From Octopus sinensis (taxonomy: Eukaryota), in NCBI RefSeq assembly GCF_006345805.1, contig NW_021832430.1, forward strand, positions 124,001 to 188,000: a DNA stretch of 64,000 bases, given 5' to 3'. Shown here one piece after another: positions 40,176-51,842 of the stretch (position 1 is its first letter; each line of letters starts with the position of its first letter). Made by a program: the position numbers and the translations under genes. The notes beneath the pieces were generated by a model, which did not search any database, was not told the DNA's origin, and saw nothing but the letters and a program-made list of their open reading frames with translations.

Positions 40176-41339
40176 ATGCCAAATATAGTCTCTATTAATA
40201 TTAGTGGACGAAAATTTGAACTTTCTGCAATTTACTTTAAACAATTTCCTACAACATTATTGGGAAATCCATTGAAAATAAATAAATATTTTGATTTGAG
40301 TAAAAACGAATATTTTTTTGACCGACATCGAGACAGTTTTGAAGGAATTATATATTATTATCAAAGTAATGGGAAACTAAAAAAACCAGAAAATGTCGAC
40401 TTGGATATATTCACAAAAGAAGTAGAATTTTTTGAAATTGATCGTCGATCGATCGAAAATATGTATGCTGATGAAGGAAACTTTCCATATTATGCTCCTA
40501 AAAAAATAAATATTCCAGAAAATAGTGTTTTGCGATTTGTGTGGATAGCTTTGAAGTTTCCTTATTTATCTATGAGTGGGAAGATTATTAGAATATTTTC
40601 GAATTTTGTAATTTTACTTTCCATTGCAAATTTATGTTTGCGTACTTACCCACAAAATAGTATAAGCATAGAAAGTATTTCCAAAATTGATTATATTTTT
40701 GCAAATGAAGTTTTATTTACATCGTATTTTACACTTGAAATGATTATTCGTTTATTTTTATTTCATACAATCATTTCCGAATGTTTTTCTGGAAAATTCA
40801 TAATTGACATTTTAAGCATATTACCATTATACATACAAACCATTTTTGAACTAATATATGAGAATGGATTAATCAAACACAGTATACTTTATTCCATTAA
40901 TCAGATTTGTCTAGTAATTCAAATATTTCGAATATTCAAGTTTTCAAATAATTTGATTTCTCTAGGAATACTAAGGAAAACAATGCTTTATTCACTTGAA
41001 AGTCTGACACAAATGTTACTTTATTTTATGGTTGCAATTCTTTTTTATTCGTCGTTAATTTATTATGCGGAATACACTAATTCCAATAGTGAGTTTGATA
41101 GCATTCCGGATGCATTTTGGTGGGCTATTATTACGTTGACAACTGTTGGCTATGGAGATAAGCGACCGTTAGGAATTTATGGAAAAATGATAGCAAGTCT
41201 GTGCTCTCTTTCTGGAATATTAATTATATCATTCCCAATTCCAGTGATAATTTCTAAATTTACATTTTTTTATGAGAAAAAATCTAAAACGACATCAGTA
41301 CAGTGCAAAAAATTGAAAGAGCTTCTTAATATCTATTGA
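40176..41339 (+). CDS. Shaker/Kv1-family potassium channel, single exon, degenerate S4
   Basis: T1 domain (INISGRKFE, FPTTLLGNP, EYFFDRHRDSFEGIIYYYQSNGKL), S1-S6, pore SIPDAFWWAIITLTTVGYGD, PIP hinge. Confidence 0.95.
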   Translation: MPNIVSINISGRKFELSAIYFKQFPTTLLGNPLKINKYFDLSKNEYFFDRHRDSFEGIIYYYQSNGKLKKPENVDLDIFTKEVEFFEIDRRSIENMYADEGNFPYYAPKKINIPENSVLRFVWIALKFPYLSMSGKIIRIFSNFVILLSIANLCLRTYPQNSISIESISKIDYIFANEVLFTSYFTLEMIIRLFLFHTIISECFSGKFIIDILSILPLYIQTIFELIYENGLIKHSILYSINQICLVIQIFRIFKFSNNLISLGILRKTMLYSLESLTQMLLYFMVAILFYSSLIYYAEYTNSNSEFDSIPDAFWWAIITLTTVGYGDKRPLGIYGKMIASLCSLSGILIISFPIPVIISKFTFFYEKKSKTTSVQCKKLKELLNIY

Positions 41340-42090
41340 ATTCTTTGTTTTAAATAAATTAAAATTGTTATTTTACTTAAATCATTTTAAGATTATCTTT
41401 ATTTGAAAATGTCTTAATGTCACAAAAATCCAGTCGTGTAAGGGATTGTTGTATCAACGCTAAGATTATCTCCTATTTCCCTTATTTATTTAATTATTGG
41501 TTTTTTGAATAGAATAAGTTTATTAGATATGGATAGGTACTTATTTCAATGCATTATTACACTAAGCATAGAATAAAATACATGAATCCACGTGAATTAA
41601 CTAAGCTTATGATTTTTAAAAGAAATAAATCATGGACGCTCATTTTCTTCCAATGTTACAAAAATAATATTGGGCTATAAGTCGTGGCTAAAAAACAAGA
41701 AGAAAGTCTTTAAAGAAGAAATTCCCAGCTAAGAAAGAGATTTGAATGGGGAATATCTATTTGGGGAAGATTATAGATTGGAGTATGGGAAAGTTGATGT
41801 ATTTTTTGACTCCTAAAAATCAAATGGCTTAGTAGAAATCTAACCATTTATGCGTTTGACGTCATTGTGAATCACCTCTTGGTGAAATTTGAACGCTTCT
41901 TGGATTCTATAACTAAGAAACTTTTGCTCTCTTTCAATTTCAGATCTCTTGCCAGTAACTGAGCGAGTACATTTTTTAACATGATTTTTTTAAAGTAATG
42001 ACATTTTATATAATAAAATTTTATAGTTTAATTTCAACTCTTATGATCTTAGTCATTTTCAATTGTCAAAATAAAAAAAATTAAATCACT

Positions 42091-42934
42091 ATGGAATCCA
42101 TTGATGATTTTGATAGTATCTACTTAACTAAAAATTATAATTTAGGAATTGAAAATGAATTTAAATTAAGAAAATTGGAAAATCAAAAATACAATAACCT
42201 ATGTACTGTTGAAGATGCCAGTTTTTAATTGCATGTCTTTTACATGTAGATATTGTTTCAAGTGACGAAATAAGTGAAAAGGAAATGACTCCATGGGAAA
42301 AATGGTATATAAAAAAACAAAAAGAAAACGATAAATTAAAATCAGAAAAGCTTAAAAACAAAATAAAACAACAAGAAATAATGAAAAAAGAACAAGAATC
42401 GAAAAAACAAAATTTAATCACAAATAAATTAAAAATTCTGTATTTTTGACCTGAATAAATTTAAAGGGAATGGATTCAGGCAAAAAAGGAGAAAGAAGCC
42501 GAAGAAAAGTTTTTGACGCAACAAAAATATAAACTTCAAAAGAGTTTACAGGAAGTCGAAATAATAGAAAAACGCACAAAAAATAAACAAAGATACGACG
42601 AATGGATGTATCAAAAAAAATTAGAAAGAAAAAATATTCGGTTTCAAGAAGAATTGGAAAAAGCCGATATAATGGAAAAAAAGTTATTTGCTATTACTGA
42701 TTTACAGAATTAAAAGAGAAACTCAGAGCAAACTTGCTTACAACGAATGGCTTAAAAAGCACAAAACGCCAACCTCTAATCACATTGGATACGCTAAGAG
42801 CAACTCAGTTATTTTCTGTATTTGTGTTCATCGTTTATATCCGAGGTTATTATGATGGATCTGTCGTTGGGTATCCAAGTTATTATAATCAGACTCCGTG
42901 GAAATCACTTGAAACTAAAACAAAAAAATTTTAA
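42091..42934 (+). CDS. CCDC34: Coiled-coil domain-containing protein 34-like
   Basis: MTPWEKWYIKKQKE, repeated EW motifs, C-terminal GYYDGSVVGYPSYYNQTPWKSL. Confidence 0.75.
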
Positions 42935-43299
42935 AAAGTAAATAATGTTAGAATGACTGCAAATTGACATTTTACTGTTTAGTAAATTGTTTCGATAATC
43001 ATAATTTCAAAAATAATCTTATAAAACCCATTTGATATAAATACAAGATTTCGCGTCAAAAATTATTTTCCATTACACCTCATATACGGGATCCGGGTTT
43101 CTTTTTTGCACGGTAGCGCTTGAAAAGCAGTGAAATAATGTGTATTCAAATGATCTATGTATTTGCCAAACCATAATGAATACAATTCTTTGCCTTTTTG
43201 GCAATTACTTGCATTTATTCATCATTTTCTTGTTCATATTTGCGTATTTCTTAATTAGAGAAAAATTGATATATGTCTTCACTCTGTTTTCCCTTGAAA

Positions 43300-44230
43300 A
43301 ATTTTGACAAAATTCCGTCCCAGGTCATAACGGCAGGGACAATTTTTTCTTTCCCGGTGGATCGCCCCAGTTAATTTCCTAGCAATTTGTAGAATTTTTC
43401 CACTTCGACGTATTGAGACAATTTTGTAAAGTGATCCCCACCTCGATAAGTGTAATTTTGTTGCTCGATTTGTCGTGAAATAAATGTCAAGCTTGTTATA
43501 CAGGATTTGGGATAGCAAGTTTTCTCCAGGACAGGGAATTCTTGCAAGTCTTCTAGCCTTCCATCAAGTTGTACTTTGTAAGCCAATTCAATGCGAAACG
43601 GCTTGTCTTTTTCAGCTGTTCAATAAAGTAGTCACTCTCCTCCGTATAACCCCTGTAGTTATATGTGAAGACTAGTTTTACACACGTTCTGTACACGTAG
43701 ATATATGTTTCCGAATCCAGATGAAACCTGGTAAGCTTTTAAGAATCCTCACGCTCCTCTTTCTCTGATTTGTTACGCGGTCGGCCTACGAGCCACGACA
43801 GTCGATAATTACTTCAAAGTAATGTAAATTCAAGCTCTTGGAGAGATCCATAGCATAACCACACGACACCGACGACTCCCTCTTCACATTTATGAAATGG
43901 TGCTCTTCTCAGGTGCTAGGGTCAAACCTTTCTCTACTGTCCACTTCTTTAGCATGGCAATGTATGACTCAAGTCGTCTTCAAGACTGGAAAATCCTTTT
44001 TGATGACCAAGATATCATTAGCATATATGATGGGTTTGCCAGTAAGTACAGGCGGCAGGGGAATCTCCGCCAGAACAAGATTGAAAAGAAGTGGACCCAA
44101 AAAAGATTTATCATAGTCAATGCTCGTATTAAAAGTTCTGGGGCCTTCTTTAACAATATCTGAGGAATGTAGTCAAAACCAGGTGATGATTGTCAGGAAA
44201 TTTTCCTCAAAAAACATCTCAACAACATTT
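43300..44230 (-). mobile_element. Degenerate APE-type LINE reverse transcriptase
   Basis: SSPGFDYIPQILLK, LGPLLFNLVLAEIPLPP..IIYANDI, LTLAPEKST across frameshifts. Confidence 0.7.
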
Positions 44231-45052
44231 AAATAGTGCTTTAGAGACGATCAATTCTTCCGGTGTCGCCGACTGACCTCTTTTGGGAGCGCCCCAACCT
44301 TCATTAAAGGAGACGCAGCATTTCCAGGTATTTCGAGAGTTTGTTCCTCATGCGAAATTTCATTTGTCATCGGTTTTCTTTTGTCCGTTTTTCGTACTGA
44401 AGTCTCCTTCACTGTACTCATTTTCTGCAAAACACAGATCGGATCTGTTTGCATGCCTAATTTGACACTCATTGAGACTCTGTTTGTCGATGTATCCAGG
44501 AACTCAGCGTTTTTTAAGATCTCGCAAGTTAATTGACACTCTCAGTTTTTTTCTCTAGCGATGTACCCATTGATTGCTCTGATAATTTGTTTTTTGTAAT
44601 TAAATAATAAATTTTTGAATATATACGTAAAAATTGAAATTTTACTCTACATTATAGAATGTTTAATGAGCATATTCAACAGAAAGCTAATATCATTCTA
44701 ATCTAACTGTATTCAAAATAAGTTCACTTTTTCTCGACATTTTTTATTGAAAAAATCGATTTTTTACTGTTTCATAACATAAACATCATTTAATGTACAA
44801 TGATTAATGAAAATTGAGAAATATGTTGTATAATAGAGTAGAATACATCTTGGGTAGATAGGCTGAGCCTGGTTGTTTTATTTGATTGAAGTTGAGTCTT
44901 TATCACCAAGAAGTTTACGTATTTTTGAATTCATCTAGGCAAAGAGGACAATCGTTCAAAAACGGATAAGGCAACCAAGAATTTGTCAAATTTTGTGAAA
45001 AATTTGAACAACTAAAAAACGTTTGTGAAAAATTAGAATTTGAAGAACTAAC

Positions 45053-45215
45053 GGCCATCTGTGCACTCATCGCTCCAGAGATCCCAGGGAATTTATATTC
45101 TTAATTCAGAAGATCTCGCTGGCTGTTTTACGCGGGAATTGCTAGCTGTTACCGGTACTTAATAACTAGCTTATTCCGTTTTCCATTTAGTTATAAATGT
45201 TTAATAGCAAAAAAA
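45053..45215 (+). mobile_element. Short 3' fragment of CRE-like element
   Basis: RSRDPREFIFLIQKISLAVLRGNC* followed by an A-rich tail. Confidence 0.7.
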
Positions 45216-45289
45216 ACTAAAGAACCAAATATACTTATTAGTGATTAACATAGAACTGGTTTTTAGTAGAAAAATAAGTTAAGAAAATT

Positions 45290-46060
45290 CTCATCTCTCA
45301 ACTGCGCTTGCCAGCCGCATACGGGAGACTGGCTCAATGCACTCCCTACCCCTAGTACGGGACATCTCTTGGACAACGAATCCTTACGGATTGGTGTCTG
45401 CTTACGCTTGGGCCTGGACATCTGTCAGCCCCACCCATGCCGGTGCGGGTCCACGATCTCTCCGAACGGTTTGCACGCCCTCTCGTGCAAGAAGAGTGCT
45501 GGCAGAATTCCTCGCCACACTCACCTCAATGACGTCGTGAAAAGGGCTCTAGAGTCGGCAGGTTTCCCCTCCACTCTAGAGCCAGTCGGTCTCTGCCGGA
45601 GTGATGGAAAGCGTCCTGACGGGATGACTACCTTCCCTTTCAGGGAAGGCAAGTCCCTGATTTGGGACGCAACTTGTGTTGACTCGTTCTCCGCGTCGGT
45701 GTTACTCAAGTCCATCACTAACCCGGGTTCTGCCAGTGCTCAGGCTGAGGAGGCTAAGAGGTCGAAGTATGGAAATATTTCGGACTCTTACGAGTTTGTC
45801 CCTCTCGCCTTCGAAACATCTGGAATTGTCGGCAGGTCTGCGACTCGCCTTCTTGCCGACATTGCCAGGAAAATTGCCAAGAAGACCAACGACCGGAGGG
45901 AGACGAGCTGGCTCTTCCAGAGAATCTCGGTCGCAGTGCTCCGCGGAAACTGCCACTCGATACACAGTGCGGCGACTTTGAGCTGACCTCCAGGCTCTTT
46001 ATTAATTCGTGTATAACTTATTCCCCATTTTGAAAAAAAGTCTCGTTAGACAAAAAAAAA
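45290..46060 (+). mobile_element. 5'-truncated CRE-like non-LTR retrotransposon (zinc knuckle + REL endonuclease) with poly(A) and 14-bp TSD
   Basis: Intact frame CRCG..HALSC..RH..KRPDG..WDATCVD..KY..FETSG..QRISVAVLRGN; aagttaagaaaatt at 45276-45289 and 46060-46073. Confidence 0.92.
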
Positions 46061-46309
46061 AGTTAAGAAAATTTAAAGAAATAAAACTTATGATGACTGA
46101 CAAACCAGAAACCCAGTATAATTAATATTTTAAACAAATAAAACAACCCGATTGTCTTTAATCTATTTTTTAATCCATTTTTAAAGAAATTCCGCTCACG
46201 AGGGTTTCTTCTTTGAGCCTTCGCTACTTTTATCTTTTATAAATAATTATATTTTAAGGATCAAAAATATTGATCAAACACGAAAATTATTAGAATAAAA
46301 CGAACAAAA

Positions 46310-46808
46310 TCACATATTGATGGCTTTGAAGAACCACTTATGTTCGCCTTTTCGATAACTACAGCCTAAGACACAAGTGAGGATAACTGTGACTCCAATG
46401 CAGTTCGTGCCAATTGCCTCATCTGCTTCCTTCCTGACAGATCTTTATACTTATCGATATTGACATCCTCGGTTGTGATAGAGGGGGTGACACAATACCT
46501 ATATATAATTAATTGGCATACACCTTGTAGTGAGGACGTGGTTAATGTTTGTAAGCTTAACGAACGTGGATAGTCTTGTCCTTTTGAGTATTTTATTTGA
46601 GGACATTCCGGATAGAATTCTACGAGGATTTTTTGCCAGTCCGACAACAAGGCACTGGGGGTATTTTCTATTTTTAGTCTCGTTTATGGTCTAAGCTTGT
46701 CAATATAATAAATACCTGCATTACGATTCCTTTTTTCCCAGCATATCGGCCAGCAAGCATTAGAACGACCCTTCCGGGAGTAATTACGTTGACTGGAGCT
46801 TCTTCCAT
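46310..46808 (-). CDS. RPL27: 60S ribosomal protein eL27, divergent
   Basis: PGRVVLMLAGRYAGKKGIV..CLVVGLAKNPRRI..TFVKLTNINHVLTTRY..YRKGEHKWFFKAINM*; 3 introns. Confidence 0.92.
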
Positions 46809-47279
46809 TTTAATTATATTGATCTTTAAAAAATGCAACAAACTACAAAATCAACTAAGGACTATACACGTTTTGATTTTTTATTTGTATTATATAAATT
46901 ATTCTTCAATTAAAAATTAATTTTTTTGCAAATTATTATTTATCGCTTAATTTTATCGAGATGGAAAAGGTAAAACTACGAATCGGAATAACATACAACA
47001 AGTATAAATAAATAAAAAGATGCCAGAGTAACCACATTATAAAATGTTGATTTTTATTCTCACATTTTTAATGATCCTTTCGGTTAATTTTGATAATGAT
47101 AGTCACATTAATTTAGAGAAAATTCCATTTTTACAAGTTTGGTTTTTTTATCAAGTTAGTGAAGTCTTAATAAGAAAAAGTTTAAAGTTTGTTGTTATTC
47201 TCAGCATTCCATTATTAAAAAGTGGAATGGGGTGTCTCCGTCAATGAAAGTCCATTAACTATAGATATGATTTAGATAT

Positions 47280-47800
47280 GCATTGATCCTATATTATTTT
47301 ACGCAGCTTTAAAAGGTCACAATATATAATTTTAACAGTTCTGAACATCATTACGTTCATCGAAGTTGGGATTACTTTTCAACGATCTTGGAAGCACGTG
47401 GAAGTCGAGAAATTACATAGCAAGTGAATTGAAGTTAATCCGCAATGTAAATATAAACGTTGTATTACTGGTTCTCACATGGGATGGAATAGTATCTAAA
47501 TTTTAAAAGCATAACAAAAACTCTCCAAAAGTCGAAGATTGAACTCGTGCCTATGTCCATACGATCGTGATTAAAACGACATTAGAGAGCATACATCCGG
47601 AATACAAACTCTCAGTTACGAATCATGTAAAAAGTATTTCAATGGATGTCAGGGCAAACAATGAGCGACGGAATGGAAGAAGTAGCCACCACGAAACATC
47701 AATGGAATCTGATGAGGGTACGGACATTGTATCTCAACCTATAAGTCCGGAGAAAGGAGGCGGGTTGGAAGCGAAGAGGGGGTAGCTGAAATTAATTTTA
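47280..47800 (+). mobile_element. Degenerate REL-type LINE C-terminus (same group as 20100-21130)
   Basis: FIEVGITF..VEVEKL..LTWDGIVSKF..RAYVHTIVIKTTLESI. Confidence 0.7.
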
Positions 47801-48009
47801 TCTGGATAAAATATTTTTCCACTTTAATTAATAAATCATTTTACAGAATTATTTCTTTGACAGGCAATTTAATTATTAAAAAACCAAATTTAACTAAAGT
47901 TACACTATTTAATTAAAATTTTTACTCCATTTTGTTGGAGATCTCTTTCCTCCTTTTAGGGGAAAATAGAAGTTTGATTTTTATCCAATACACATAACAT
48001 GGTGTTTTA

Positions 48010-48290
48010 CAAAAAATATTGTTGTAGTGCTCGACCTCGCTAAGTTTCATCATTCAAGTGTTGTAAAAGAATTATATGATGAATTAATATTTGTATCATT
48101 TTACTCCCCGTGGTTGAACCCAATTGAGAATCTTTTTTCTAAAATTAAATCTCATACGACCAGGGGCATCAACAAAACATTACTCCATAAAAACTATACT
48201 TCCGTATTTCGTAGCTAAATAAACAATGGTCATAGCATTACGTTAAAAATTCATAAACTAGTTTTGAATAGAAATGAAATTCTTATCCTA
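48010..48290 (+). mobile_element. Tc1/IS630 DDE transposase C-terminal remnant
   Basis: VVLDLAKFHHS..FYSPWLNPIENLFSKIK. Confidence 0.8.
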
Positions 48291-48621
48291 CAAATTTGAG
48301 AATAAAGTTTTATGTTGTAGAGAGTTAGTTCCTTATTTTGGTCACGTTAATGACGACGACGAGTCAATATTCAAGTTGTCCAGGCTGTTAAAGAGTCTTG
48401 GAAACGATTTAGTCGTCAAAAAAACCAGCACACCGCAAAATTAGAGGCACGTAGGTGACTAAGGTTTCGCTTGTCCAGCCACACAATTTTTTAAGAGCAA
48501 AAGAGAGGACAAAAAAGTTTATTATTCTAAATTAATTATAATTAATTATTTTATTCAAATATTATAATATGGTGGCGAACCAAATGTTCAACATATAAAT
48601 AACTAGACTAGACCTTAATTA

Positions 48622-50445
48622 ATGATATTCGTGTTACTTTGTAATTCTTTTTTAGCTCGACTTATATAGATTTCTACATAGTGAAGTCATCAGAAAATGA
48701 CATGCCAAAGATTTACGATAGGTACCAAGTTGATGGACAAATGACTATCCAATCAAAGAATATAACCACAGATTTAAAAGAAAGTTTTGATTTTTTCTCA
48801 GATTCATTAATTTATTCAGAGGATACTGGTATAAAATAACTAATCTACAACCATAGGTGGAACACACTTCATACATTCTCAGAAATATGGAAATATATAC
48901 ATTTTTCCGGCTTCCTTTGACGGAGTCCAAGAAAAAAGATGCATAAAAAGTAAAAAAATGAAATTTCCCAAAAAAATCTTTCCCAATATGATTCATTTTA
49001 AGGTTTTGTTGACTTTTATATTTACAAGAAATTGCGCGGGACCTATAAATGTCAGTCCGATAATAACGGTGACGTGGGCAGAAATGGGTCTTGTTTTGTT
49101 TGGAAGAAATCAATTTCTTTTAATATTATTCATTCCTATTTATTATTCACGGACATGAATCTGATTCCTGTTAGATACGAGATTATTTTTACAAAAACTG
49201 TCGGTAACCAAACGAATTTAATCAGTAAAAATATTCTCAAATATACAAACTATAAGCAAATCCCTGCTGAAAAAACCGATAAGGATATTAAAAAAATGTT
49301 TCTAAGTATTATTCTCACTTGCTTTACGGACAGATTATTGTCAGAATCGACTCCTTCATAATGGCCATGAAGAGCACTATGATATCTGGAGAGAATTCTA
49401 TGGAGGAGTAGAGGATAACGAAGATTTGTGGAAAGAAAAGCAGGAGAGTCTTGTTGAACTAAAGAGGTGATTTGGGTGATTTGAGTGGCCTAGATTAGTA
49501 GCTGAACATAACAAAAAGACTAGTTCTTACAAGCTGAGACTTAATGAACGAGGAATAAAGCACTGGTACAACCATGGAACAGATTCTTCGAAAAGAAAAT
49601 GTCATCTGGGAAATAAAGAACATGATTTGATGCAACAAGATTCAAATAAATTTTCCGATTTCTCCAATGACAAAATGCTTCCACTTAATTTCAGTTGGGT
49701 GTCATTTGGTAATGACATTGAGTTGATGTTCAGATGCAGTGACACCTGTGAAAGATCAAAAGGATTGCGGATCATGTTGGTCTTTTGCAACAACAGGAGT
49801 ATTTGAATCCCACTACTACATAAAGACCGGTCTTAAAATTGATTTCTCTGAACAACATTTGGTTGATTGCTCGTGGAATCAAATAATAAAGGATGTTTCG
49901 GAGGATTGGACGTCCATTCTTATTTTTTCATAAAGAATTTTGGATTGGTCACCACTTCTGAGTATGGAAAATATCTAGGAAAGGTAAGTGCCTATTTTCA
50001 TTTGAAGGACGTGAACTGTAAACTCGGTCCTTTTAAACAATACATTAAATTTAAAAGTTTCAAAAGAATCTTTCCGTCAGAAAACTCCATAATGAATGCA
50101 CTCATTCAAAAAGGTGGCCTCATCTTGGATGATATTGTAAGGTCCCCTATCCATCGGAATTAATGCGAGTCCTTGGTCCTTTAGCTTATATCACGGTGGA
50201 GTATATTCAGATTCGAGCTGCTGTATTCATAAACTGTTATTTCTTTAGCTTCTCACTTATTGACCCACGCAGTTTTGATGGTAGGGTATGGAACAACAAA
50301 TCATGGCTTGGATTACTGGCTTATAAAGAATTCTTGGGGAACTAGATGGGGGGATCATGGATATATCAAAATTTCACGGAAGAAAAATCTTTGTGGAGTT
50401 ATGAACGAAGTTACCTACCCAGAATTCGATGTCGTCAATCGTTAA
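48622..50445 (+). CDS. Papain/cathepsin-L family cysteine protease with long N-terminal extension (26/29-kDa proteinase-like); one apparent frameshift
   Basis: [60 protein letters not shown]; frame break at about 49880. Confidence 0.88.
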
Positions 50446-50789
50446 CTACTTAATCTTAAATCACACTAACAACCAGTTTTATTCTCTTATTAAAAAAATG
50501 ACTAATTCAATGTGCTGAGAAAATGAGAGGTATTGGTCAAAGATGACTCACAAAATTCTGGGATGTTTGACAACGGATAGTTTTTCGTTGTATATACACG
50601 TCGGTCAGGAGTGAATAAGGTTACATATGGTTTTGACGGGAAAGGCATCCTGACTCCATAGAATGGCATCGTCCTCATATTAAAGCCCGAATTCCGTTAT
50701 TCTCGGCATTAAAACGTGGAATGGGGTATCTCTGCCAATGAAAGTCTCTTATTATTAAAACCAAGATCACCGTCCAAAAAATAGAACTA

Positions 50790-51715
50790 ATTAATTAGGT
50801 GATCCTGGCTTCTCTAAGGAGGGTCCTCATTTTTGCCCGGTGCTGTTCCCTAGTCCCGACACAATTTCTATGAGGGCGCGGTAGTGGAGTTTTAGGGTTT
50901 GTAGGCCAATGCTTCTTTTCCAAGATTTCTTTAAATGAGGCGATGGATAGATGTTCATTTGATCTTTGCAGTGCTTTCCGAAATCTTTTTTGAGTTTTTT
51001 TCGATTTTTTTCACGGTTCGTTTCACTGACAAACCCTCCCCACGCCCCACAATCATAACTAATGAAGGGTTCGATGTATTGCCGGTAGATTGATTGGCGT
51101 GTGGGGAAGCTGATCCATTGCTTGCATTTTCGGAGGAACACTTTTAAGATGTTCAGTTTCTTCATGCAGCTAGTAGTAACATTTTCAACGACATATATGA
51201 CTATCGTAAGTCACGCCGAGGATTTTCTGGGATTTTTTAAAAGGGGATTTCCATGTTGTTTAGATATAAGTTCACTACCATTTTCTCAAGCTTCCTTGCT
51301 AAAGTCATAAGCGTAGTGACTGATTTTTCAGGACTCGTTGATAGTCGATTTATCGAAAGCCAACTTTCGAGATTGTGGAGGTAGTTCTGCAGTTTTGAAC
51401 TTGCCGTGTTAACCTCACGGCTCCGAGTAGCACTCACAATATCGTCAGCGTATGATAGTACGATTGAGTTTTTGTCGTTTGGCAGCGGGAGGTCCAAAAA
51501 AAATAAATTAAAACGAGCTGGCAAAAAGGGGTGGGCATTGAGGGACTCCGTTTGGAAAATATCTTGACATCGATTTTGTATTGTTTTGTTGGATCCTGCC
51601 TCTTCGGCCGCTGAGGAAGTTAGCTAGCCGCTTTTTCAGCTTTTGGTGAATTACACTAAGGTATATTTCCTGGTCAGTATTTTCCTGGGAACGGTGTCAA
51701 AAGCCTGAAAGTCTC
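50790..51715 (-). mobile_element. Degenerate APE-type LINE RT and 3' end
   Basis: DFQAFDTVP, NGVPQ, FNLFFLDLPLP..SYADDIV..LSTSPEKS, IYRQYIEP. Confidence 0.85.
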
Positions 51716-51842
51716 TTTGTGTCTAAACAAAAATATTGAATTATTTTTGTAATAATTTAATTTGTATATGTACTTTATGTTGTAAAAGAGTAAATTAATT
51801 AATTTTAAATCAAAGAGGGAAAACATAAACATTTATTGTTGG

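Noticed and set aside
46366-46650. 94-aa ORF from the track
   Set aside because: Partly out-of-frame read of eL27 exons through an intron.
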